A DNA stretch of 64,000 bases from Antedon mediterranea (GCF_964355755.1 NC_092673.1:30811648-30875647), one strand, 5' to 3'. Shown: positions 1 to 13,684, counted from the first letter of the stretch. Made by a program: numbers and translations. Notes: generated by a model from the letters alone, not told the origin.

Positions 1-287
1 TACAGATTTCTCTAATGACACAGTTGCAGCAACTAAACTATTTGGCTTTCAATCGGCCATTAAAGAGAAGCTTCCTGCTTTCAATAACATCAAGAACCGA
101 AAGGTAGAATTATTTTCACCCCACAGATTAAATATTTTTAATCTCGGAAAAATCTTAGTGATTCAGAAATCGAAACTCTTGATTGACGGTACAACTTTCC
201 TGTCCTTTCCTGTATACAGACAGCTGGAGTTTGATTTTGGATTTTGAACATCGAAAATTGCTGAGTAAAGACAAAATCGAGAATTGA
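1..287 (+). pseudogene. Decayed last exon (DED3 end/DED4) of a 4xDED paralog, runs off the window start
   Basis: Translates as ...FGFQSAIKEKLPAFNNIKNRKVELFSPHRLNIFNLGK / LSDSEIETLD*RYNFP / DSWSLILDFEHRKLLSKDK, homologous to 2090-2401. Frameshift near 150, in-frame TGA replacing the GGA of LDGRY at ~184, second frameshift near 210. Confidence 0.85.
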
Positions 288-844
288 CTTTGTGGTGTTA
301 TTCCACTATTAAAATAATCTATATAGTCAAACTATGTATAAAAAGTGGAATTCATTGTCCAATGAAGATAAATGATGACGTGTATAAACATATAGTTTGA
401 ATTAATAATCTATCCTTTGGTAATGTCCAGTTAAACCATATGTTAATCTATGGTTATTTTTTGTCGTTTTGACGTTCCATCTTCTGCAAATAATAAAAAA
501 TACAATATAAAATATTAGTGCACAGTTCTTTAGAATTAGATATCAACTCAACTTGTTTTCTGAAAGTTTGAGTTGATTAATAATTACTTTGTAGCTTTTT
601 ATTGGTTTTTACAGATTATTCCATTTTTTATTTTGTGTTTATCAACCAAATCATAGCAAAATATGTAATTAAACTAATGATTGTCAGCGGATAAACTTGT
701 ACGACTAGTTTTAGTAGTTTTTACAAGCTATGGATTGTTTGCCTTTGTCTATTATTAACGCACCACTTGTGTCCTAATAACATCTGACGAATCAAACCAT
801 ATTCAATATCTATTCATTCATATGCTAATTAGATGAACAAGATT

Positions 845-856
845 GTCGCCATTTTT
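845..856 (+). promoter_or_regulatory. YY1-like CGCCATTTT motif upstream of copy A
   Basis: GTCGCCATTTTT; the identical 12-mer lies upstream of copy B at 18065-18076 and matches the YY1 core GCCATNTT. Confidence 0.35.
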
Positions 857-944
857 AGGGTGTGCCAAACATACCTGTTTGATTGCGTTGAAAGGACCAT
901 ACATACAACTAAAAGGTAACGCATTTCTTATTTAATCACGGAAA

Positions 945-2401
945 ATGGCAGCTAGAATGTTCAAAAAACTAAAATCTGATCTTGGTAGATGTTATGAAGG
1001 TCAAAATTACCTTCGACTAAGATGTATTTTATTTGATCACTTGGAAATCGGTGAAATTACGAATCCAGATTCCATTGGAAACGACTTATTTAATGCCCTC
1101 GAAGACAAAGGGTACATCAAACCAACTAATGTTGACTTTCTACTAGAGATTTCGAAACTGTCAGGAGTAAAGGGAACTGAAAATCTTGTAAGGCGGTATA
1201 TGAAGGACAACAACGTTCAGAATACGACGGATGATCCACAGTTGTCACAATATCGACAGAGACTGTTTAAGGTTCTATTAGGAGTTAACCCAAGTGCATT
1301 TAAAGCTCTTGTTGCTAACTACGGCCTGAGACAACACAACTTTGGAAGTGTCTGGGATGTAGTTCTTAAACTTGAAATCGACATGGACTTAGAAGATGAT
1401 CGAGAGAAAATAGAAACGTTCGCTGATTGTCTTGGGAAAAGAGCAAGGAAAACACTAGGCCTCTCTGTTGATGGTATGTATTTCAATACAATCTTCAATC
1501 TTCATCTCTAACTAATTGATACATAATGTAATTTCGTCCTGTTTTGTTACTACTACTACAGTACTATTAATACTACTACTACTAATATACATACTAGTAA
1601 TGCTGAATTTTTAAATAGTTTAAACGGTTGTTATTATAATATATCATAATGATGTATTGTTGTTGTTAAATGTATTACTGATTACTTTGTAGGCAATAGT
1701 GAGAATGAAGGCGCAACATCGAGTCAAGAACGCAAACCAAGTGAAGGTAAATTACTTAAATTTAAATACTAAAAGAATGATTAAGCCTAAAGAGAAAATT
1801 ATGGCAAATCAGGGAAAGAACTATTATTGTAAAGAAGAAAATGATGAATAAGATTATGATAATGATGATGCTTAATATTAACGTGATTTTCTTTAACCGT
1901 ATAGATATCTCGAAGGATGATTTTCTACAGTTAATAACAGACTTCGCACAATGGTACGATAAAAAAAATCTTCTGGACAGGCTACAAGTTCTATTCATAG
2001 AAATGGTAGGCGAGGTTGAAGCATTGAAAAAGGTTAAAGGTACATCCGAACTGTTGGCTCTTTTAACTATGAAAGGATTATTGAGTCAAACAGATCTTAC
2101 TGTCCTGTATGACACAATAAAAATAACTGAACAATTTGGCTTTGAGTCATCTATCACTACAAAGCTTCCTGCTTTCAGAGATATCAAGGAACGTGAAGTC
2201 TCATTTTCACCACACACATTGAAGATTTTTAATCTGGGAAAAAGTCTTAGTCCTTCGGATATAAACACTCTTGATGGACGATACAACTTCCCTGATCTTG
2301 CGAAGTACACAGACAGCTGGAGTTTGATTTTGGATTTTGAACCTAAAGGATTTCTGAAGGAAGAAAAACTCAAAGAAGTTAACAAAGTGTTAAAGAGATA
2401 A
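945..2401 (+). CDS. 4xDED-only protein, copy A (exons 945-1473, 1693-1746, 1905-2401; 359 aa)
   Basis: Donor G|gtatgt at 1474, acceptor tttgtag|, donor G|gtaaat at 1747, acceptor cgtatag|. All introns phase 1; spliced length 1080 nt is open. DLFNALEDKGYIKPTNVDFLLEI and LSQYRQRLFKV...VWDVVLKLE resemble caspase-8/cFLIP DED1 and DED2. Exon 3 repeats the pattern (ELLALLTMKGLLSQTDLTVL; FSPHTLKIFNLGKSL...WSLILDFEPKGFL). Confidence 0.8.
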
Positions 2402-2425
2402 AACAAAGATGCAGCTAACGTTTTA

Positions 2426-3090
2426 GTGTATACAAATAATGATAATAGTTTTGAGAAAGAAAGACTTTGACTATCTTAATCATGGTCAAACGCAAATATC
2501 CATCTTTCTTATCTTTAAAATAGAGGTAAATCAACACATCAACAACCATTCTTTGAACCCAAATCAATTCATTAGATTTTTTCTATATATAGCACGTTTT
2601 AGATACATTAGATCATTTTACTGCAGTTATGTTTGTAGTGGTAAAAAGGGAGTTAAAGTTAAAGTATATGGTACTGTATATTGGTGATAAATTAATGTAG
2701 GTTATGGTGTTTAATTGTTGAGTTTTGAATAGTAGAATAAAGTTTCCGATTTGTTTGGTGTATACAAATAATGGACTCTAATGATAATAGTTTTGAGAAA
2801 GAAAGACTTTGACTATCTTAATCATGGTCAAACGCAAATATCCACCTTTCTTTTCTTTAAAATAGAGATAAATCAACACATCAACAACCATTCTTTGAAC
2901 CCAAGTCAATTCATAGATAGTATAATATTTTTCTATATATAGCACGTTTTAGATACATTAGATCATTTTACTGCAGTTATGTTTGTAGTGGTAAAAAAGG
3001 AGTTAAAGTTAAAGTATATGGTATATTGGTGATAAATTAATGTAGGTTATGGTGTTTAATTGTTGAGTTTTGAATAGTAGAATAAAGTTT
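2426..3090 (+). repeat. ~320-bp local tandem duplication downstream of copy A
   Basis: 2426-2745 and 2758-3090 are near-identical (taatgataatagttttgagaaagaaagactttgac...gaatagtagaataaagttt). Confidence 0.9.
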
Positions 3091-3392
3091 ACTTTATTTT
3101 GACTGTGAATTTGTGTTTCTACTTTTATTTATTGTTGTTCGAAATGTTTATTCTTGAACGGGACCGCGTACAGGGCCGGGGTAAGATAGTGCAATTTGTT
3201 TTCACCCTAACAATTCTTCAACATAAAACATTGTAAGTGACCATTTATGTATATGATATTTTTCTGACATGGCACTAAATGCTTTGTCTGTAGAAATCGA
3301 TCTTATCAAATGTGTTTGAGTCTGGTTAATCAAACCACCTGAAAAAAATAAAGCATCTTTAAGTTAATAGCATTACATTTCATTGTTTGCAG

Positions 3393-3850
3393 GAGACAAA
3401 AACATACGATAAGATGACAGATTTTAAGACTGATCAATATAGATATGACGATAAAATACTTTTGGTTAAGATTCTATTTATCTGACAGAGGGGGACATTA
3501 CAACAGATTCAATTAGAATCGATTTATTTAGTGCACCAGTGAAAACGAAGTTTTAATGTTAGCCTTGTAAGAGCTTATCAGAAATGAATGTGTGAAAATC
3601 GTGTAAGAGGATATGAAACACTAACAAGATGAATCAAATTTGTCACAATATCAAAGCAGCTATTTAAAGTAATGATGAGGGTTTAGGTGCAAAGATGTTG
3701 TTATCTTACTTACGAACTAAGACATTAACTTGAAGAATTGAGACGTATCGAGTGTTTAAACTGGAGATTGATGTAGATTTAGAAAATGAACCGGGACAAA
3801 TTTGCAGATGATCTTGTGAGAAAAAAAAACAGCCTACTACTTGATAATGG
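3393..3850 (+). pseudogene. Heavily decayed DED1/DED2 exon of another paralog
   Basis: tatgacgataaaatacttttggttaagattc, gatttatttagtgcac, ttgtcacaatatc, aaactggagattgatgtagatttagaaaatgaacc align to exon 1 of copies A/B. Many indels and stops; tgtttgcag acceptor at 3392. Confidence 0.75.
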
Positions 3851-4279
3851 TAACCGTACTACGATGATGATTACATTATGTCCTGGAGATAATATAGAAA
3901 CTTAACGGATTTGAGTATTTGTTACATTTTAGTGTTTCCATGATGAATGAACAACAAAGTAGATAAGTTATCCACTTCCCCAGTGTTTTTAAAAGCTGAT
4001 TTTATCTTATGTGGATGTGCTGGGATTTTGGTTATAAAACGACTGCAGCAACTACTAATTGCATATTTTATTTTATTTTATTTTATTCAGTCAGACCAAC
4101 AGCGATAAATACCGCCACTAACAGGTTTGAAACATAAAACAACAACATCAAAAACGGTTAACAATAAAATACAGATAGAAATATATATAAATATATAAAC
4201 ATGCCATAAACATTTTCAATTTAAAATTTATATTAATATTAATATTAAAACGGGTTATGCAGGTTGTTCAAGAAGTGAA

Positions 4280-7200
4280 CACATAATCATCCTCTTACCA
4301 AGGAACTGAGAATAAGTAACCCTTTTGATAGGAGTGTTTTCTATATGGATTGTGTTTTGATTGTCCTTGTGTGTTCTATTTGGAGAAAAGTGTATATATT
4401 CAGTTTTGTTTATATTTAGTGAGAGTCTATTAAGTTTAAGCCAGTGAGATATATGTTTTATTTCCTTATTAAAAATTCTGGTTAAGGTGTTGTAGTCAGG
4501 ATGGGAGGAAAAAATGTTCGTGTCGTCGGCAAACATGACGTATTCAAAAGAGTTGGAAGCATTGATGGTGTCGTTGACATAGATGAGAAAAAGTAGAAGA
4601 CCAAGAATTGATCCTTGGGGCACACCGCAGGTTATGGGAAGAACTTCTGAGGAGTAGGAGCCGTAAGAGGTGATTTGTTGTCTGTTTTGAAGATATTTAG
4701 AAAGTAGAGATAAAGGAGTTCCGCGGATGCCATTAGTGACTTAGTTTAGTTAAAAGAATTGTGTGGTTAATAGTATCAAATGCTTTAGACAAGTCCAAAA
4801 ATAAGCCAATAGTATGGTGGTTTTTAGATAAGGCGTTAGAGATTTTACTTTGAATGTCAAGGATTGCAAGATCGGTAGAATGTTTTGGTCTGAAGCCATA
4901 TTGGTTATCATGAACAGATTTATGTGAAGAAAGAAAGTTGTAAAGTCTATTGTATATAAGGCGTTCGAGTATTTTAGAAAAGCAAGGCAAATTTGAGATT
5001 GGACGGTAGTTTTCAAAGGAATGACAATCATTTTTTTTTATGAATAGGAATTACTTTGGCGATTTTTAAGGATGATGAAAATACACCATTAGTTAGTGAT
5101 AGATTAAAGATGTGGGTAAGGGGTCTGGTAACAAAATGTCCAATTTCTTTAATAATCGTGGGTTCAATATCATCAAGGCCTGTTTTTTAGATTAGAAATT
5201 ATTTCAAGAATCTCTTTACCAGATGTAGGTTGGAAGAAAATTGAATTTTGAGTGGGATTCCTTAGATAATCAGTAAAGTTGCAATAAGTAGCCGAAATTT
5301 TAGAAGAAAGTTTAGGTCCAATATCAGTAAAATAGCAATTGAATTTATTGGCAATTTGAGATGAGTCAGTAATTTTTGTACCATTATCTGTAAAATAACT
5401 AGGTAACGTCTTTGTGGGGTTTTTACAGAGAATGTTATTAATTATATTCCAGGTTTTTTTAATGTTATTTTTATAGTCGTTAAACTTATTTGTATAGTGT
5501 TGCTTACATGATGTTCTTATTAGTCGTGTGAGTTTATTTCTGTATTTAATGCAATTGGTTTTATTAATCATATTTGGTGTTTTTATATATTTTTTATATA
5601 ATGTATTTCTAGTGTTTATAGATTTGATTATACCTTTTGTTATCAATGGTTTACAAAGTTTACGTTTGTTAATTTTAGTTCTTGTCTTTGGGAGGTGAGT
5701 ATCGTATAGTGAAGAAAATCTGTCGAGAAAAATATTGTAGGATTCATTTGCAGAGTTATTTTGGTAGACATCGTCCCAGTTCGTGTTCATTAAGTTAATT
5801 CCTAGAGATGCTATATTTTATTGGTTTATCTTTCTTGAGTATTGTTTTTTATTACATTTTAAATTTTTTTATTTGATTTGAATGGGAATTGTTTATAATT
5901 TGGAATACTGGAAAGTGATCAGTAATGTCGTTAAAAAGAATACCAGGAGTTATTTTTTGGTCAAGTACATTTGTAAAAATATTATCAATAAGTGTAGATG
6001 TTTTAGTGGTTATTCTAGTTGGTTTGTCAATTAGAGGATATAAAGATGCTGAGTACATGGTGTTTAAAAATTCATTCGTGTAGTTATGGGTTGAGTGTTT
6101 TATAAGGTCCAGGTTAAAGTCACCACAGACAAATAATTGTTTTTTTTCCCTTTGTTATTGTATCAATGCAGTTAGAAATGTTGTTTATGAATGGTTGAAA
6201 AGAGCTATTGGGAGGCCTATAGATAATACCAACAATGCTATTTTTGGTAACAGATTCTATTTCAATAGAACTCAATTTTTTTGTACCTAAAGTCCAAGGC
6301 ATAGAATGTAATACATTCTATTTTAATGCAATCAGAGAATGGAATAACCTTCCTGACTATATTAAACAAATTTCCAACACATCTAAATTTAAAACTGAAT
6401 TGAAACAATATTACAAAATTAAACATAGATAAATTATTATTGTGCCATTATATCCGATGTTTTGCTTATATGCTTATATATTTATGAACCCCGTCTTATA
6501 ATGTTTGTTTTGTTAAAATTATAATTACTATCTTTTTAGGGACCACATTGGAATTAAGTTGTTTTACTTTAAACGACTTTATGTGTTTTCCCGTGCATCG
6601 TCAGACTTCATTAATCCCGCCATTTTTATTTGCTTTTTTGATGTATTTTAATATTTAAGGTGATTATATATATTATTGATGTATTTTTAATGTTATGTAT
6701 TGAGATGCCAAATAAATGAAAGAAAGAAATAAATAACGAATCATAATTTTGGTTTGTTGGTAAATTTATGTCACTTCTGATTTTGAAATTTAGTTCATCT
6801 GAAATGTAAAGGGCAACTCTCCTGCCTCTTTTACCTGTACGGTTAGATTGTATCATTGTGTATCCTTCGAGTGTTGATGTCATCCAACCAGGTTTCACTA
6901 AAACCAATAACAGAGAATTTATGATTTAGAGTAAGAAGATAGTTTGTAATGGAAATAAAGTTTTTTACAAGGCTTCGGAAGTTCATATGAAGTATACTGA
7001 GATTGGAATTTTTGTTGATTATTTTGTTGTTAAATGAATCACTCAAATAATATTCATATTTATCATTATGATTAGTTATTTCATAGTAATTAGTAATCAT
7101 TATTGTCGTTTAGATCAAAAGAATTAAATTGTAATGATTGCAGATTAGAATAATTTATGGTATGATCATTGTTTAACTGTTTTATTTCATGTTTGAATTC

Positions 7201-7392
7201 ATCATCATCAATTATGTGGTTGAAAGGAAGGGTTTCTTCAAGACATTTGCAGCAGTAAAATTTGAGCGAATTTGAGTAGGGAAAACCGGCGCAGGTTGCA
7301 TGAGAAGGCTTATTGCAAATATCACAGTTAACATATGTGGCTACCCTTATACATTTATCACAAGACACACAAGACATAGAACGAGCATACAT
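4280..7392 (-). mobile_element. Degenerate CR1/L2-group LINE ORF2 (PHD finger + APE endonuclease + RT), 3'-truncated
   Basis: PHD-like C-x2-C...C-x2-C...H-x2-C...C-x2-C (7090-7392), LHMNFRSL, GFSETWL, YRPP, IDNIF, TDHFPV, QYGFRP, FLDLSKAFD, PQGSILG, FADD. Multiple frameshifts. Confidence 0.9.
6268..6727 (+). mobile_element. 5'-truncated LINE 3' end inserted in the endonuclease of the minus-strand LINE
   Basis: FFVPKVQGIECNTFYFNAIREWNNLPDYIK...FKTELK* C-terminus, 3'UTR and AATAAA/gaaa tail. Removing it restores host YDSLFIEIESVTK; aata on both sides. Confidence 0.85.
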
Positions 7393-7880
7393 TTAAACAA
7401 TTAATAATAACAATAATAATAATAATGAGGTTTATAAATATTCGATTTATCAGATGAATTATAAGTAGGAATAATATTGCATAATCGCACAGAGCACTAC
7501 AAAATTGCGTAATATGGAAGTTTTAAATTAATGCATCGAGGTTGGTTGTTTACTTATTTTTATACCAATATATCTGTTTGATAATAGAGTTATTGGTAAT
7601 TAAAGTAATATTAGTTATACAGTGTTTATTCTCAAAGTTATTGATTAAATGTATTGCTAATAGTATGAAAACAAAGGGAATAATAATGATAGGTATAAAT
7701 CATTACACTTCATAATAGTGATTTTAGGGATATCAGTTGTTACAATTATTGAATAGTAATCGTAATAATATAATAACGGTATTATAATAAAGAAAAATAT
7801 TAATAAATAATAATACCGTACCAATTATCAATTAACTCTTACGATAAAGTGAATTGTATGGCAATACAAATGAGAAAATG

Positions 7881-7899
7881 ATAATAATAATAATAACAC

Positions 7900-7944
<45 letters not shown>
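7881..7944. repeat. (TAA)n microsatellite
   Basis: Direct reading of sequence. Confidence 0.95.
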
Positions 7945-7946
<2 letters not shown>

Positions 7947-8289
7947 GACATGTGGCAATAAAAATGTTATACATATTTATAAATAATGTAAACACATCAG
8001 GCATAAAACATTAATTCTAAACCACCCTGTGATATAATGAAATTTAATTGATTAATTAAATTGAAACGATAAAGGCGAGGAAATCTGTGAGAATGAGGAA
8101 AAGTCGCCTAATGTATACATGTATATATATAAACACATCAGGCACGGTGATATACTGAAATGTAATTAATATAATAAATTAATAATTAATTAAAGTAATA
8201 ATTCAATTCATAATAATAAAAATAATAATATCAGTAATAATGATGAAGCCTATGCAGTTGTTATGTAGAAGCCCGAATATTAAATGTCT

Positions 8290-8700
8290 GTACACATATC
8301 GAGACGCGAACAAATGCATTTAAGTATTTTTTTGATGCTTGGATATTTCTTAAATGAAATGACGATGAAGACGTAACATTTGAAATAAGAGCCGTCATAG
8401 TCAGATTAGCATCACAAATTATGCCGAGATTTCAAACTTGGGTAGTACCCTTAATGGACAAATTACCAATTACCAATTACTATATGGAAATGTATGCAGT
8501 TGTTGCTGAGATCTAAATAGAACTCTTATCATCATTAAGTTTAGGAAAGTTTTCTGTCATTTAGACACGCAGCTCAGAGGTACATTTTTCAAGCAGGTCA
8601 ATTGATAATTGTGTCATTGTGGGTTTAAACGTTAGAGAAATCTGAGTATCATCAAAGGAGAACTTATGGTCATTTTTAACAATTTATCAGCATCAGATAT
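8290..8700 (-). mobile_element. Old L2-like RT fragment
   Basis: Minus strand reads ...DDTQISLTF... and NLGIICDANLTMTALISNVTSSSSFHLRNI, matching the L2 consensus pattern YADDTQLY / NLGVIFDSNLTM..HI...FHLRNI. Confidence 0.65.
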
Positions 8701-8868
8701 ATTATTATTTTGAAGTATTCTGACTGCGTCGTCTCAATCCGCAGTCAGAAACTCCTTCATTGGAAATGCTTACAAAAATGAAATAACATATTGATATAGA
8801 AACTGATAATAATATTGGTAGTTGAATGGCCAATATACTAGGACGATAACGACCGATAATATGTAGTA
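8497..8868 (+). repeat. Direct repeat of 16858-17208
   Basis: Shared gatctaaatagaactc...ggtacatttttcaagcaggtcaattgataattg...ctgactgcgtcgtctcaatccgcagtcaga...gaccgataatatgtagtat. Confidence 0.9.
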
Positions 8869-9188
8869 TTTTAGAATTAGATATAACTTGTTTCATGAAA
8901 GCTTGAGTTGATTAATAATTACTTTGTAGCTTTTTATTGGTTTCTACACATTATTTAATTTTTAGTTTTGTGTTTATTGTTCAAAATTGTTATTTTGTAA
9001 CTTACTTTTAACTTACTATCCAACCAAATCATAACGAAATATTTAATTAAACTGATGATTATCAGCGGATAAACTTGTACGACTAAAAGGTAACTTTTAG
9101 TAGTTTTACAAGCTATGGATTTATATTTTGCCTTTGTCTATTATTTACGCACCACTTGTGTCCTGATAATATCTGACGGATCAAACCA
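8869..9188 (+). repeat. Duplicate of copy A upstream region (529-798) with no gene following
   Basis: ttagaattagatat...ttgagttgattaataattactttgtagctttttattgg...cagcggataaacttgtacgacta...acgcaccacttgtgtcct...atcaaacca shared. Confidence 0.9.
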
Positions 9189-9301
9189 CTAGGCCTACCT
9201 CTACACAATTAAATTATAAACAACCATAAGTTCTGAATTACGTAAAATGATAATGCTTGGTTCCGACTGAGACGCAACGCAACGACCTAAGCTCAATGTA
9301 A

Positions 9302-9460
9302 AGCTTGGTTCCCACTAGCACGCAACGCAAGGACGTAAACGCAACGCAAGCGGGTTGACCAACGACGAGTGAGAGTTAGAATAACTCACTTGCTTGTGAT
9401 TGGTCAAACCCCTTACGTTGCGTTACGTCGCTGTGTTGGGCCTCTAGTGGGAACCACGCA
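9302..9460. mobile_element. PIF/Harbinger-like MITE, nested in an older relative (~9254-9584)
   Basis: TIRs tggttcccactag / ctagtgggaacca, internal acgcaac/gttgcgt symmetry, TAA/TTA flanks. Outer tgcttggttcc...gggaaccaatc pair. Confidence 0.7.
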
Positions 9461-9991
9461 TTAGTAATTTTGTTTGGTTTCTTGTTGAGAACCATTTTTT
9501 TGGAAATGAAATAATTAAAAAAAAAGAAGTAATTTGACCAATCACAACCGATCACGTTGCGCTTACGTCATGGGAACCAATCTTAGCATGGCCAACTGCT
9601 ATTTCTAATCCATTGCGCTACGTTGAAAATGTTATAATTTTCCTTTTATATACCGGAAATATAGGAACTTAGATTGTATACTGGAAATATAGGAGATTTT
9701 GAGCTCCTTTTTTCCCTATCAATTCCATTTGAATAAACAAGTTCACCATCTACCCGCAAACAAACAACCCAATTCTAATTCAGAGTTGATGGGTTGTGAA
9801 CTCGTAGTCCGTAATCGAATGCTTACCCCTATTCTAACAAAAGTAGCAGAATGGAAGAACCGTATTGACATTCAACAATACTAATCGAAACAGTGCATCG
9901 GAATAGAAGAATTGCCATTCCACTTTATTACCGTTATATTCATCATATAATAATAGGCCTAATAATACATATTCCATGGGTTTTGACCTAA

Positions 9992-12900
9992 AAAACGAAG
10001 GAAGAAATAAAAAAAATTGGAAATGAAATCAAGAAAATGGAGGAGTATGAAAACAAAATGGCGGCTTATCAGGATAAAATGGCGGACATGGAAAATTCAA
10101 TCCTAAAACAAGAAAGATACAGTAGGAGTTTTAATCTAAGGTTTGGAGGAGTTATAGAAAATGCTACAGAAAACACCCAGGACTTATTGCAAAAAGTACT
10201 ACGCGAAGAACTCGGACTCGAGGACATCGAAATTGAAAATTGCCATCGCACCGGGAAACGCCGTTTAGATAACAAACCGAGGCATATAATAGCTAAATTT
10301 CTGTACCGTCCACAAAGAAACCAAGTCCTAAAACTAGGAAAAGTAAAATTAAAAAGTAAATCACAAAACGTATTTATTACTGAAGATTTACCTGACGCGG
10401 ACATGAAGAAAAAGAGAGAATTATCTACAATTATGGCGCAGGCATATGCCGAAAAACGTAAGCCCGTATTCAGAAATGGACAACTGTTTATCGACGGTAA
10501 GCCATACAAGCCACTAAAATAACTATAATTAAGTCATTAAGCCAAATTAATTAATGTTCAATTGAACACAATTAATTAATGTTTATGAATTATATTTCAT
10601 ACCTACATTACCGCAGAGTCTATCATTGTCTTGTAGAACGTATACTAATTATGTGATTGTAGTAGTATTTCTACCGTTATAAATTGTAAATAAACGAAGT
10701 TTGTTTGTTTATGTTGCGCACCTGGCTGTTAGTGTTATGTTCTGGATATCTCTGTCCATTCAAACTTTAATTCATGTGACCCACGGCAGGTGTGCGACGA
10801 TAGTGTTACATAATGAGAAATACCAACAACAATTAAGTGGCTGTTGACGATGTAAGTTTCAACGTAGTTGTTTACCGGTAATTCATCGATGAGTTACTGG
10901 GTTGATCAAACTCGTAAACGTTAAACACATCGTTTTAATGAAACACAACACAACTAAATGTATTTAAGTTATACTATCCGTACTTTACTAGTGATGTATA
11001 ATGACAAATTATAACAACATTAAGTGGCTGATGTGATTAATAAGTGAGCGCCGTTATTGAGACATCATGTTCTAGACCGTTTCAACGTAGCTGTTTACCG
11101 GCGATGTTTGACTTACCAGTGAGTAACGATAACTTGCCATAATAATACATTCTGGACATCGGTGAGTTAGATTGATCAAAATCTTTTAAGTTAACCAAAT
11201 ACTTAATTGGCGTCCATGATCATCATTATTGTTTCGCTGCCTGTCGTTTAGTTGTTGTTGGTATGTCATGATAAAACAATTCATATTACATTGTATATAT
11301 TGTAATTTATTGTACATACTTGTTAACTTAGGCTATATAGTGTTAACTATTCTCTGCTGTAAGCAGCTTGCTCAATTTTATTCATTTGTCATTTCCTTTT
11401 CTGTCTAATTTAAATGTTTGAATGTGACCTTTTTGATAATGTAAATGTGAGCACAGAATATTTTAACGAAGATAACTTAATTTCTTCACTTGAACATTCT
11501 AATTTATCATCAAACTTTTCTATATTTGGACTAAACTGTCGTAGTGTTGTTAATAAGTTTGACTTAATCTCAAACTATTTAGACTCACTCGTACATGCCT
11601 TCTCCGTCATTGCCTTCAGTGAAACCTGGTTAACCGAAAAAGATAATATTAATCTATACCAGTTACCAGGCTACAGTTTGATTCACAATGATAGGAAAGA
11701 TAAGAGAGGTGGTGGGGTAGCGTTCTATGTTACCAACAAACTAACATATATTATTAGAAATGATCTGTCATCTTGTATGACTGAAGCAGAGACTATTTTT
11801 ATTGAGATTGAGTTAGAATCAGGAAATAATGTTATTTGTGGTATAGTTTATAGACCACCCTCACGTTCCTTGCAAAAGTTTGATGATGAATTAACATGTG
11901 TAATGCAAATGATTAATCTAGAAAAAAAGAAAGCTTACCTTGTGGGAGACTATAACATAAACTTACTCCAACAATCTACCGACAACACTATCCAATCACA
12001 CTTAGACACAATATTTTCTCAGTCATTTCAGCCAATCATAAAAAGTCCTACTAGAATATCCGATAATTGTGCTTCAATAATTGATAACATTTATTGCAAC
12101 ATCGATTGTTTTACTACGTCCCTTAAAAGTGGAATACTTATTACTGATATTTCTGATCACTTCCCAATATTCTGTGTAGATACTTTGGAAAAACATAATA
12201 AGCAATATCCTCGATTTGTATATAAACGACAATACTCTCCTCAACAAACGGAGTATTTTTTGCAAGAATTACAAAGTAATCAGTGGAATGATGTGCTATT
12301 CTCAAATAATGCGAATGTTGCTTATCAAAATTTTACAAACACTTTAAATAAAACAATTGATAATTGTTTCCCTTTAAAACGAATTAGAAATAAGGCGAAC
12401 AAGTTAAAATCTCCTTGGATCACAGCTGAAATTGCCAGAGCTATCTCTCAAAAACATAAATTATATAAAAAGTACAAACAAAATAACACCACTACTAATA
12501 AAAGTACGTACATACATTTTAGAAACAAGTTAACCACTACTATTAGAAATCGGAAAAAAGAATATTATATGGTCCAGTTTGAACGAAATAAACAAGATAT
12601 TAAAAAAACGTGGACAATCCTAAATGATATAATGGGTAGGAAAAAGACTACCAATTTGCCTACAAAAATAAAATTGGGTACTGAGACTTTCTCTGATAAT
12701 GATGAGAAAGCTGATGCATTCAACTCTTTTTTTATTAATATTGGAGAAAAACTAAATAATAAATTTAGGCATGAATCTCAAAATGAAGAAATCACCCACA
12801 GAACTTTCTTAAAGGGAAATTTTACCTCTTCAATGTTTTTTAAGCCTGTTACTGAACATGAACTTAACCACTATATTAAAAACACAAAGAATACTTCTCC

Positions 12901-13684
12901 TGGCCATGATGGTATAAGTGCCCAACTCATAAAATCTGCTTCCCCGTTTATTTTAAAACCTTTATTGCATATTATTAATACGTCATTATCATCGGGCTGT
13001 GTCCCGGCTGATATAAAAATTGCTAAAGTTATCCCGGTATTTAAGAATGGTGACATCTCCGATATAAATAATTATCGGCCTATTTCCATTTTACCCTTTT
13101 TTTCCAAAATATTTGAGAGGATTGTGTATGATCAAACGATTTGTTACCTCTCAAAATATAACGTACTGAGTAAAACACAGTATGGATTTAGACAACACCA
13201 TTCAACTAGTCATGCTTTAATACAATCGATTGAAAAAATCACAAACGCTATTGAGAATAAAGAGTTCACACTAGGAGTTTTCCTTGATTTATCAAAAGCG
13301 TTTGATACAATCGATCATGATATATTATTAGATAAGTTAAGATTTTATGGTATAAGAGGAGTTCCGCTAAACTGGTTCTCAAACTATCTTAAAAAAAGAC
13401 TACAATACACATTTATTGTTAATACTGCATCTAGTAAAATGACAGTAAACACTGGAGTTCCTCAGGGATCCATATTGGGTCCATTATTATTTCTTATATT
13501 CATTAATGATATTAGTCTAGCATGTAACCATGTAGACATGATTATGTATGCAGATGACACAAATGTGTTTTATAGTCACAATGATATTACTCAAGCTTTT
13601 GATACAATGAACCAGGAGTTATCTATACTTTCGGACTGGTTTATTGCTAACAAATTAACGCTAAATGTAAACAAATCAAAATAT
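9992..13684 (+). mobile_element. CR1/L2-group LINE, 5'- and 3'-truncated: ORF1 part (10037-10522), ~890-bp spacer, ORF2 (11414-13684)
   Basis: ORF1 has SRSFNLRFGG..E, IENCHRTG, PRHIIAKF, VFITEDL (L1 Transposase_22-like RRM/CTD). ORF2 has NCRS, SETWL, GGGV, YRPP, GDYN, SDHFP, FLDLSKAFD, GVPQGSILGP, YADD and ends abruptly after NKSKY. Confidence 0.95.

Noticed and set aside
1841-1904. N-termini of ORF-track calls 1841, 19370, 28855 and 29991, and six separate single-exon genes
   Set aside because: These are intronic read-through. Conserved splice sites join the ORF pairs into three genes.
7090-7392. Host PHD-finger gene
   Set aside because: Contiguous with the LINE endonuclease; it is the ORF2 N-terminus.
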